A DNA stretch of 22,821 nucleotides from assembly GCA_040770465.1 (NCBI GenBank), contig JAXGJB010000043.1, positions 1-22,821 of the forward strand, given 5' to 3'. The DNA is from Methanothrix sp. GTDB lineage: Archaea > Halobacteriota > Methanosarcinia > Methanotrichales > Methanotrichaceae. The notes beneath the pieces were generated by a model. It was not told the DNA's origin and searched no databases. It saw only the letters and a list, made by a program, of their open reading frames with translations. Made by a program: the position numbers and the translations under genes. Every line of letters begins with the position of its first letter. The stretch's first letter is position 1. This document shows, piece after piece, positions 10,095 through 17,461 of the stretch.

Positions 10095-10108
10095 AAAGGC
10101 CTTATACA
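10093..10108 (+). promoter_or_regulatory. Putative BRE/TATA for the PsbP-like/ABC operon
   Basis: AAAAAGGC-CTTATACA immediately follows the palindrome. Confidence 0.5.
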
Positions 10109-10224
10109 TCGCAATACAACAGGGATTATACTAATCCGCACCCCCAAAATGCATCCCTCCCTACATATACGAGTATGCGGATTAGTTATTCTGATTACAG
10201 GAAGTTCGCAGAAGAGGTATCGAT

Positions 10225-10362
10225 ATGAAGAAGTATTCGAAATGCGGGTTAAAGTGTCTCTCCATGCTGATGGCGCCCTCAATTGAAGTGGCCTTTGAGG
10301 AGAAAGACACCGCCGCCAAGAAGGCAATTTCAACGAAGGATATCGAGGTGCAAAAAATATGA
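10225..10362 (+). CDS. Small 45-aa ORF, possibly a deletion remnant of a secreted protein
   Basis: MKKYSKCGLKCLSMLMAPSIEVAFEEKDTAAKKAISTKDIEVQKI*. GAGGT RBS upstream and an ATGA overlap with the next start. Not in the ORF track. Confidence 0.5.
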   Translation: MKKYSKCGLKCLSMLMAPSIEVAFEEKDTAAKKAISTKDIEVQKI

Positions 10363-10970
10363 ATGAGAAAGTAATAGTTATTTTTATCCTTACCTTTGTA
10401 GCTCTCGGTTTCTTAACATTCTACACATTCGGGCCATCTTCAACAACACGTATAGGCCCGCAAATTAACCCAGAGTCATTGAAACCCGTAAAAGTGGAAG
10501 TCACGAATCAAAACAAAGAATCTTTTGTAGAATACCATAACAAGGATATCACTGAGAATTTCTATTCCGTGAGAATCCCTCAATCCTGGCAGATTCAGAC
10601 AAATATATCTCATCCAGGTGGATACGATTTCCTGTACGATAAAGGAACGGCAAAGATTGAACTTATGGATGTCCCGGATAACAGCACTCTTGAACTTTTC
10701 ATACTAAGCCAGGAAGAGCCCCGGCTCAAGAGCTTGCTTCCCGGATACGAACGGATCGGTTATCAACAGATAAAAGTAAATGGATATGATGCGTACCAAC
10801 TTTCGATTCTGAGCGATGCGAACGGAATTAGAGACGAAAGCATCAAAACCTACATCACAGGCCCGGATCAGGCGGCAGTATTTACCTATTCGCTCCAACA
10901 GGACATGGTCGCATCGCTTCAGGAGACATTCAACCTCGTGACTAACAGTTTCCATTGGGAGAACAACTAA
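10359..10970 (+). CDS. Membrane-anchored extracytoplasmic protein, PsbP/Mog1-like fold
   Basis: N-terminal TM anchor. YSVRIPQSWQ, IKVNGYDAYQL, AVFTYS and FNLVTNSFHW resemble PsbP-related proteins. GAGGTG RBS. Confidence 0.7.
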   Translation: MNEKVIVIFILTFVALGFLTFYTFGPSSTTRIGPQINPESLKPVKVEVTNQNKESFVEYHNKDITENFYSVRIPQSWQIQTNISHPGGYDFLYDKGTAKIELMDVPDNSTLELFILSQEEPRLKSLLPGYERIGYQQIKVNGYDAYQLSILSDANGIRDESIKTYITGPDQAAVFTYSLQQDMVASLQETFNLVTNSFHWENN

Positions 10971-10971
10971 C

Positions 10972-11166
10972 ATGAGGCAAATTTTTCTTTTTATATCTCT
11001 TGCCGTGTTGGGCTTTGGTCTCTATTTGAGGCTCATTTACGATGTTCCCGACAGCCAAGAACAAATTAACTTCTTTGTAAGCTGGTTCTTGATCATAATC
11101 GCTCTTTCAAGCATGCTGATAAATCTCTTCTGGGACACCAAGAAAAAAAGAACTGATGGAGAGTGA
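10972..11166 (+). CDS. Small 2-TM membrane protein
   Basis: Two hydrophobic helices and a basic C-terminal tail. 1 bp from the upstream gene, GTGA overlap with the downstream gene. Confidence 0.8.
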   Translation: MRQIFLFISLAVLGFGLYLRLIYDVPDSQEQINFFVSWFLIIIALSSMLINLFWDTKKKRTDGE

Positions 11167-11912
11167 GGCATCTGACAGACATAATCACTGTAGAAAAGCT
11201 GAGCAAATCATATGGGAACAGAAAGGCCGTCGACGACCTGACCCTCCACATACAAGCGGGAGAATTCTTTGGATTCCTCGGACCAAATGGCGCTGGAAAA
11301 ACGACAACCATACGGATGCTCACGGGAGTTCTCAAGCCGGATCAAGGCAAGGTAGTAATTGATCAGCATATATTGCCAATACATAAAAAAGAAGTCTCTC
11401 AAATCATAGGCGTCAAGCCGGAGAGTCGAGGCTTATACGATTGGATGACAACCACGGAATATCTCTATTTCTTTGCCCGTCTCTATGGAATAGGAGAAGA
11501 CCGATTAAAAGAGCATGTTGATGCTCATCTTTCACAAGTGGGGCTCAATGATCGGAAGAAATCGAAGATCGGGACTTTCTCTCTCGGCATGCGGCAACGA
11601 CTGGGACTTGCGCGCACGCTCATCAATAATCCAAAAATTCTTTTCCTTGATGAGCCTACTCTTGGTCTAGATCCACAAGGCCAGGAAGATGTCCAGCAAT
11701 TGCTCAAGAAGCTTAACCGCCAGGGTGTAACCATCTTTCTATCATCCCATCTCTTGAATGAAATATCCAATCTCTGCACGCGAATAGGAATTATCGATAA
11801 CGGAAAGCTGATTGTGGAAGGGAGAATCGATGACCTTGAGAAAATGCCGGAATTACAGGATAAAACGCTCACTCAGATCTTCTTACAACTGACCAGCAAG
11901 GGAGATGAATGA
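11163..11912 (+). CDS. ABC-2 type exporter ATP-binding protein
   Basis: Walker A GPNGAGKT, signature FSLGMRQR, Walker B ILFLDEP, H-loop SSHLL. Confidence 0.96.
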   Translation: MRHLTDIITVEKLSKSYGNRKAVDDLTLHIQAGEFFGFLGPNGAGKTTTIRMLTGVLKPDQGKVVIDQHILPIHKKEVSQIIGVKPESRGLYDWMTTTEYLYFFARLYGIGEDRLKEHVDAHLSQVGLNDRKKSKIGTFSLGMRQRLGLARTLINNPKILFLDEPTLGLDPQGQEDVQQLLKKLNRQGVTIFLSSHLLNEISNLCTRIGIIDNGKLIVEGRIDDLEKMPELQDKTLTQIFLQLTSKGDE

Positions 11913-12684
11913 TTTGTTCAAATTTATTTGGAAAAAAGAATTACAGGGAGAGTTCTATACCTGGAAGAGCATGACCTGGCTGGTTATCGCTTCGATCCTT
12001 TTTAGCTTTACAAGCTATCTTCTTCTTACAAATCGAGAGCTGAGTCTCCTGGATCAAACCGAACTAATGTTGCTTTTTGGGCAGATCATTATCGGGGTCG
12101 CCCTTCTAATTATAACGATAGATGCTTCATCCATAATTACCGCTGAATTCGAGAATGAAACTGCAGAGAGCCTTTTTTTAACACCGCTTTCGTTAAAGGA
12201 CTTCCTATTAGGAAAATTTTTAGCTTCACTCACCCTCTGGGTTTTCCTATTTATAGTCTCCCTGCCCTACATCGTTGTCACTTCATCAGGCTCTCATCTA
12301 ACTCTTGAATTTATTGGCTACATAGCCCTCCTCGGTACGTTGGGCCTAACAGGAGTGACGGCTTTTATTTTCGCGATTTCTTTGCTCCTTCGCTCCACCA
12401 AAAATACTCTCACAACCTCTCTTATTGTAATCCTGGTTCTTACTACGCCGGCACTCTTCTCTACTACGCTTAAGAATAATGTTCCATCCCAGGTCTTGAG
12501 CCAGATAAATCCCATCGACAACATATTTTTGTCACTTGACAATGTTCTTGTCGACTACCAGACCTCACTTTTGCAAAATTGGCATTTTATTTTGCCGCTT
12601 CTCATATTCTGCTTATTGATGTTTGGATTCCTGGTTATTGCTGCCAAAAGGTTCACTGAACAGGGGGTTATCAAAAATGATTGA
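11905..12684 (+). CDS. ABC-2 type exporter permease
   Basis: About 6 TM helices. IWKKEL and EFENETAESLFLTPLS...FLLGKF are typical of ABC-2 permeases. Confidence 0.9.
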   Translation: MNDLFKFIWKKELQGEFYTWKSMTWLVIASILFSFTSYLLLTNRELSLLDQTELMLLFGQIIIGVALLIITIDASSIITAEFENETAESLFLTPLSLKDFLLGKFLASLTLWVFLFIVSLPYIVVTSSGSHLTLEFIGYIALLGTLGLTGVTAFIFAISLLLRSTKNTLTTSLIVILVLTTPALFSTTLKNNVPSQVLSQINPIDNIFLSLDNVLVDYQTSLLQNWHFILPLLIFCLLMFGFLVIAAKRFTEQGVIKND

Positions 12685-13219
12685 GAAGATAAAATTCGGT
12701 TCTATCTTAGTCACAGGGATTCTTATGATCCTCTTAATGGGCACAGCTTCCGCCAGAAGCAGCCCACCGACTCTTTCCATAGAGATTACATCATCAAAAA
12801 CATTGAATGGCACCGCCGGAGATTATGTGACGGTAAATGGAACAATAAAAAATACAGGAGACAAACCACTCCAAGATATTGTCACCTACCTGTCGCTAGT
12901 CGACAATGAAACTAAGCTCCCTGTCGATCTCGAAGATTGGAGTGCGGAAAAGGGGCTGCACATTGGCACTATCGAAGCCAATCAAACGTTGCCGCTCAAC
13001 TGGAAGATTCATTTTGTGAAATCTGGTGCGTACTCTTTAATAATCGTTGCAGAAGTTGCCGGCAACGAGTTGCCCCAAGTGAGCAGCATCACTCAGTTTC
13101 ATGTAGATCCCAAAATCAATCTCAATCCTGGAGAGGTACTCCCAGTTGCCTTGGGAACCCCCCTTATTCTGAGCTTTGTGTTGATCCTATTAGCGCACAA
13201 AAGGAGACTTGAGGAGTAG
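12677..13219 (+). CDS. Secreted Ig-like (CARDB-like) protein with C-terminal TM anchor
   Basis: Signal peptide ending TASA, a beta-rich core (VTVNGTIKNTG, VDLEDWS, LNWKIHFVKSG), and a C-terminal TM followed by HKRR. ATG 12677 overlaps the permease end. Confidence 0.75.
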   Translation: MIEKIKFGSILVTGILMILLMGTASARSSPPTLSIEITSSKTLNGTAGDYVTVNGTIKNTGDKPLQDIVTYLSLVDNETKLPVDLEDWSAEKGLHIGTIEANQTLPLNWKIHFVKSGAYSLIIVAEVAGNELPQVSSITQFHVDPKINLNPGEVLPVALGTPLILSFVLILLAHKRRLEE

Positions 13220-13353
13220 GTGAGATTTTTTTCGTTGCCCGAGGTTTTCTGGTGGCCTACCCCAAATGGGGTGAAGCATATGTTATGGTTTTAACGCCCA
13301 ACAACTCGCTAAATAGACTACCCATTATTCGATAATTGAACTAATATTCTATA

Positions 13354-14490
13354 GAGGATTTCGAATAACCCAAACATCGCAATGTTTATATACTATTATT
13401 ACTATAATTAACTCATGAATTCTTTAATCACATTTGCCTTACGAAAGAAGTACGAATCGATGGAGAAGGTTGGAGATCCTTTAGCTGATATTGGTTGTCT
13501 ATTAGACTGGGAGAGATTTCGGCCGCTTTTATCCGATATGTACGATAATAAGAGCGAAAAGGGAGGTCGACCCAATTACGATGAGGTCCTGATGATCAAG
13601 GTCCTTGTTTTAGGTCAATGGTACGGGTTGACGGATAAGGCGCTTGAACGAGAAATTTCTGATAAGATATCTTTCATGAATTTTCTAGGATTTCCTGAGA
13701 AGGCCCCCGACTCATCCACCATCTGGCTATTCAAAGAGCGTCTAATAAATACCAGAAAATATAATCCTGTGTGGGAAGAGATCAATCGTCAGCTCGATTC
13801 CCTCGGTTTAGTAGTCAGGAATGGCAGCATCCAGTATGCAACGTTCATCACAGCAGATCCAGGACACGCCAAAGCAGACAAGCCTCGCGGAGATGAAGCA
13901 AAAACAAGAAGAAGTAGTGATGGCACGTGGACAAAGAAGGGAAGCAAATCATCTTTTGGATATAAGCTTCATTCCAAAGTCGACAGAGAATTTGGCCTCA
14001 TAAGAGATCTGGAAACAACAACAGCGTCACTACATGATAGTCAGGTGGATCTATCCGAAGAAGGAGAAGTTGTATATCGTGATAAAGGGTATTTTGGAGT
14101 TGAGGCAAAAGGTTACTCAGCCACTATGAACCGGGGTACGCGAGACCATCCATTGAGCATTCAGGATGAGATGAGAAATCAACGGATCGCTAAAAAGAGG
14201 GCTCCCGGTGAAAGACATTACGCCATTATTAAACGAGTGTTTAGAGCTGCACATGTCATGGTCACAACCATTGCTAGGGTCCATGTCAAAATGATATTCA
14301 CTGCTATCGCATTTAATCTGCTCCAATTGCGAACTCTGAAAAAACAAAATGCCTTCTAGCGGAGGCTATCTATCTGAATCAAGAAATGAACATGTTAGAG
14401 GCGAATAATGGCCCCAAGTAGAACATAAAGATCAAAAATATTGGCGTGGAGCTTTGTAGGATCGCAGATCGCCGGTTAATAGAAATCCTC
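13354..14490 (+). mobile_element. IS5-family insertion sequence, 1137 bp
   Basis: 17-bp terminal IRs GAGGATTTCGAATAACC (13354-13370) and GGTTAATAGAAATCCTC (14474-14490), 15/17 match. TATA on both flanks (13350-13353, 14491-14494) is the probable target duplication. Confidence 0.93.
13415..14359 (+). CDS. IS5-family DDE transposase, probably inactive (first catalytic Asp replaced by Tyr)
   Basis: GGRPNYD, QWYGLTD, PDSSTIWLF, FGYKLH, YRDKGY, R.PGER...K. It has IQYAT where the family has I.DAT. Confidence 0.92.
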   Translation: MNSLITFALRKKYESMEKVGDPLADIGCLLDWERFRPLLSDMYDNKSEKGGRPNYDEVLMIKVLVLGQWYGLTDKALEREISDKISFMNFLGFPEKAPDSSTIWLFKERLINTRKYNPVWEEINRQLDSLGLVVRNGSIQYATFITADPGHAKADKPRGDEAKTRRSSDGTWTKKGSKSSFGYKLHSKVDREFGLIRDLETTTASLHDSQVDLSEEGEVVYRDKGYFGVEAKGYSATMNRGTRDHPLSIQDEMRNQRIAKKRAPGERHYAIIKRVFRAAHVMVTTIARVHVKMIFTAIAFNLLQLRTLKKQNAF

Positions 14491-14646
14491 TATAATCGGA
14501 CTACTGATTACTTAACCATAAAAAGGGTCATTTAGATTACCGATTAGGTAGCCATTACCAGTTGGATATCAAGCACTATGGGATGATAGCACGAAACGAT
14601 GGCGAAGACCGAAGAGCACAACCAGCTGTAGGCTGGAGGTTGTATT

Positions 14647-15444
14647 ATGAAAAAGTTGCCGCTAGTTGTACTGCTCAGTACATTAGTTATGGTCTCCTCA
14701 GCGTTCGGTATTGGTGTAGAGGATTCAACCCCAACAAAGGCGGCTGAGGACATCAACAACATGATCATCGACCCGTCTAACTTCGTCGAGACGATTGATA
14801 ACCCATATTTTTCTCTCAATCCTGGCACGAAGTTCACCTACGAAACCGATGGCCAGGATGGAGCTGATGACCTGAATGAAACTGAAGACCAGGATGAAGT
14901 TGATGACGAAGATGAAACTGAAGACCAGGACGAAGCTAATGACGAAGACGAGTTAATAGAAACAGTTTACGTCACCAGTGGGACAAAAGAGATCCTTGGC
15001 GTAACTTGTGTCGTTGTTACATCCACTGAAATTGTTGACGGAGAATTATTGGAGATAGCGTCCGAATTGTACGCACAGGACAAAGAAGGCAATGTGTGGT
15101 TACTTGGGGAGGACTGGACCAACTACGAAAACGGAGTAGCCGATAGAACTGGATCATGGAAGGCAGGTATAGATGGCGCCACGCCTTTCATCGCGATGAA
15201 AGCTGCCCCCCAAGTTGGTGATTCCTACAAAGGCGAGGGTGCGGATATGGTTGAAGTGATCAGCTTGACAGAATCTGTCTCGGTGCCCTATGGATCTTTC
15301 GACAACTGCTTGAAGGTCAAAGAGGGGTCAGAACTTGATGAAACTGGCAGCTTCGAGTACAGATATTATGTCCAGGAGATAGGCCTGATCTTAGAAATCG
15401 ATGGATTTGAACGAAAGGAACTGGAGAATGTCGAAACGTTCTGA
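14647..15444 (+). CDS. Secreted acidic hypothetical protein
   Basis: GGAGGT RBS and a Sec signal peptide. IDNPYF, YAQDKEGNVW, GSWKAGIDGA and VPYGSFDNCL look like conserved blocks of an uncharacterised beta-rich family. Confidence 0.85.
   Translation: MKKLPLVVLLSTLVMVSSAFGIGVEDSTPTKAAEDINNMIIDPSNFVETIDNPYFSLNPGTKFTYETDGQDGADDLNETEDQDEVDDEDETEDQDEANDEDELIETVYVTSGTKEILGVTCVVVTSTEIVDGELLEIASELYAQDKEGNVWLLGEDWTNYENGVADRTGSWKAGIDGATPFIAMKAAPQVGDSYKGEGADMVEVISLTESVSVPYGSFDNCLKVKEGSELDETGSFEYRYYVQEIGLILEIDGFERKELENVETF
14842..14949 (+). repeat. Three 36-bp in-frame repeats encoding an acidic insert
   Basis: ETDGQDGADDLN / ETEDQDEVDDED / ETEDQDEANDED. Confidence 0.85.
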
Positions 15445-15455
15445 GCACCCCAGAG

Positions 15456-15487
15456 GAAATGTTGGATCTCCTCAGATCCAACATTTC
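15456..15487. terminator. 14-bp perfect hairpin between convergent genes
   Basis: GAAATGTTGGATCT-CCTC-AGATCCAACATTTC followed by TATTCTTT. Confidence 0.65.
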
Positions 15488-15570
15488 TATTCTTTGTAGT
15501 GAGAAGTAGATCATCATATACACCATAGAAGTGAGACCATGAAAAGAAACATATTCTTGCTTGTATATTC

Positions 15571-16116
15571 CTAACTTATGTCCCACATCTCAATTACCCT
15601 GTCGACGAGAGAATCAAAAAAACTCTCTTTATAAGTTACCAGCAAATTTATAATCTCATCCTCATCGATTAGAATTTTATAATATGTATTCCTTCCATCT
15701 TTCGCTGACACTACTATTTCACTGTCCTCTAACTTTTTCAAATGCCATGAGACTGTAGAGGGGGAAAGATCAACGAACTGAACTATATCTTCATGATTGC
15801 AATTTTGATGTGTTAATATAAATAGTAATATATCTCTGACACTTTTTTGCCTTAATAATCCTAATAATATTTTATTCTCGGATTTGAACTGCCTTGGAAA
15901 ATAGAGCAATTTATTACCATACTTTTCTTCCTTGATCAGCCCATGTCGGCTCAAATAATTGAGATGATACTTCAATGTGCCTGTTGGTAATCCGCTTATC
16001 CGTTCAAGCTCCCTGAAATGGCATCCTGCAAACTTTTGCACAAGATTGTATATATTTCTCCGAGTATCTAACTCAAGTACTCGATTCTCCTCGCTAACAG
16101 GGAAATTGGAATGCAT
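15571..16116 (-). CDS. Tandem winged-helix transcriptional regulator, paralog of 9518-10039
   Basis: GCHFRELER...GTLKYHLNYLSRHGLI and DLSPSTVSWHLKKLEDSEIV. C-terminal LLVTYKESFFDSLVDRVIEMW. GAGG RBS. Confidence 0.9.
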   Translation of the reverse strand: MHSNFPVSEENRVLELDTRRNIYNLVQKFAGCHFRELERISGLPTGTLKYHLNYLSRHGLIKEEKYGNKLLYFPRQFKSENKILLGLLRQKSVRDILLFILTHQNCNHEDIVQFVDLSPSTVSWHLKKLEDSEIVVSAKDGRNTYYKILIDEDEIINLLVTYKESFFDSLVDRVIEMWDIS

Positions 16117-16122
16117 ATCGCC

Positions 16123-16494
16123 TCATTTTTTCAATATCCCGAAGAAAAAGCTCGCAAGAATTGCGAAATCAAGCAGCGACGCGGCCAGATCTACCCAGGC
16201 AGCTTGGGGAAAAAACATTTCAGATATTTCTATAAATCCTTTAATAGCAAATAACAAGAATGCGACGGTAACATACAGGAATTTTGCTCTTTTGTCTCGT
16301 TTGTATGCCATTGCAGTTATAATAAATAGTGCAAACGCTAAAATGCTGCTACAGAATATGAGGACGTTCTCTGCCTCGATTCCAGGATAAAGGATTAAAT
16401 CGCCTTTGTCGTACGTGAAGGCATGTGAAGATAATGGCATTAGGGATAAAACGAGAAAAGCTGCTGATAACAATACATGAGTTCTTTTGGTCAT
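16123..16494 (-). CDS. Small membrane protein (signal peptide plus 3 TM), paralog of 9173-9511
   Basis: ATG 16494 follows a GGAGGAGG RBS. Signal-like N-terminus ending SSHA and three TM helices. Stop lies 6 bp before the wHTH gene. Confidence 0.85.
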   Translation of the reverse strand: MTKRTHVLLSAAFLVLSLMPLSSHAFTYDKGDLILYPGIEAENVLIFCSSILAFALFIITAMAYKRDKRAKFLYVTVAFLLFAIKGFIEISEMFFPQAAWVDLAASLLDFAILASFFFGILKK

Positions 16495-16804
16495 TATGTC
16501 CTCCTCCATCAAGAATGAATCAAAGGCGCTAATTTTGCTGCCACTTCGGCTTTACTTACCAACCAGATCTCGCTTTGCATTGACGGGAGCCACCATGCTC
16601 ATTATCAATTATAAATATCATATACCTTTCGCCGATAACTCGATATATCCCTCCGAATCGCCATCGTGGGACTTATTACTCCCAGCGCGGCATTACCCGC
16701 CCCGTCATCTCCATGTACCGCCGGTCCTTCCTAGACCCGCTCGACTTCCGTCTCGCCATCGACGATCACCGCTGAGAAGGTTTCTGTGACGATCGAACAA
16801 TCTC

Positions 16805-16862
16805 AATCAAATTACGTGCGGCCACCCTGACCTAAAGGTCGGGGTATTCGTGACCTCCGCAC
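16805..16862 (+). mobile_element. IS200/IS605-end-like (REP/MITE-like) hairpin element, complete copy
   Basis: Inner hairpin ACCCTGACC-TAAA-GGTCGGGGT and outer stem GTGCGG (16816-21) / CCGCAC (16857-62). Resembles the subterminal hairpins of HUH-transposase elements. No tnpA/tnpB is adjacent. Confidence 0.6.
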
Positions 16863-16900
16863 TCTCGAAGTAGTAAAAATGAGAAATTTAGAGATAAGCT

Positions 16901-17461
16901 CTATCTCTGGCAAATCTCCCTCTCGACGTCCAGAAGCCTCCGTTTCAGGTCGACGCCAGAGCTGTAGCCTCCGATGCTCCTCGCTCCCACCACCCGGTGG
17001 CATGGAATTATCAGCGGGAACGGATTTTTTCCCAGGGCCTGGCCCACAGCCCTCGCGGCTTTGGGCCTTCCGAGCCGTTCGGCCAACTGGCCATAGGTCA
17101 TCGTCTCGCCGGGCGGGATCCTTGACGTGACCTCCAAAACCTCCCTCTGAAACTCAGTGAGACCCGAGAAGTCGAGTTCGAAGGGGACCGGCTCTCCCTT
17201 CAGCCAGCATCCCAGAAGGGCCTCTTCCTCATCCGGCGGGACCTGATGCTTCGGCCTCTCGACGGAGAAGTCGATCTTCCTGATCATGCCATCGCGCCTC
17301 TCCACCAGAAGGTAGAGGCCAAAAGGCTCCAGAAAGAATCCCTCAGCAGATTCACCATCCTCCGGAAGAGATCGCCTCCTCGAGGGCAGGAAGGCCGTCT
17401 CTCCGGAGTGGTCGGGGCATGCCGCGCGGTCGGAGAAGTCCCTCTCGATCTTCCTGGTCAT
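16901..17461 (-). CDS. ogt: Methylated-DNA--protein-cysteine methyltransferase
   Basis: TEFQREV, IPPGETMTYGQLA, ARAVGQAL, active site IPCHRV. ATG 17461 overlaps the upstream stop (ATGA). Confidence 0.93.
   Translation of the reverse strand: MTRKIERDFSDRAACPDHSGETAFLPSRRRSLPEDGESAEGFFLEPFGLYLLVERRDGMIRKIDFSVERPKHQVPPDEEEALLGCWLKGEPVPFELDFSGLTEFQREVLEVTSRIPPGETMTYGQLAERLGRPKAARAVGQALGKNPFPLIIPCHRVVGARSIGGYSSGVDLKRRLLDVEREICQR

Larger units (their letters stand above)
8800..16650. mobile_element. AT-rich genomic island (approximate boundaries)
   Basis: Visible shift to AT-rich sequence and A/T-ending codons relative to both flanks. Contains an IS and is flanked by repeated hairpin elements. 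No integrase is present. Confidence 0.75.

Noticed and set aside
10086-10333. ORFs 10086-10286 (+) and 10091-10333 (-)
   Set aside because: They overlap the operator/promoter and have no RBS. The 10225-10362 ORF has better translation signals.
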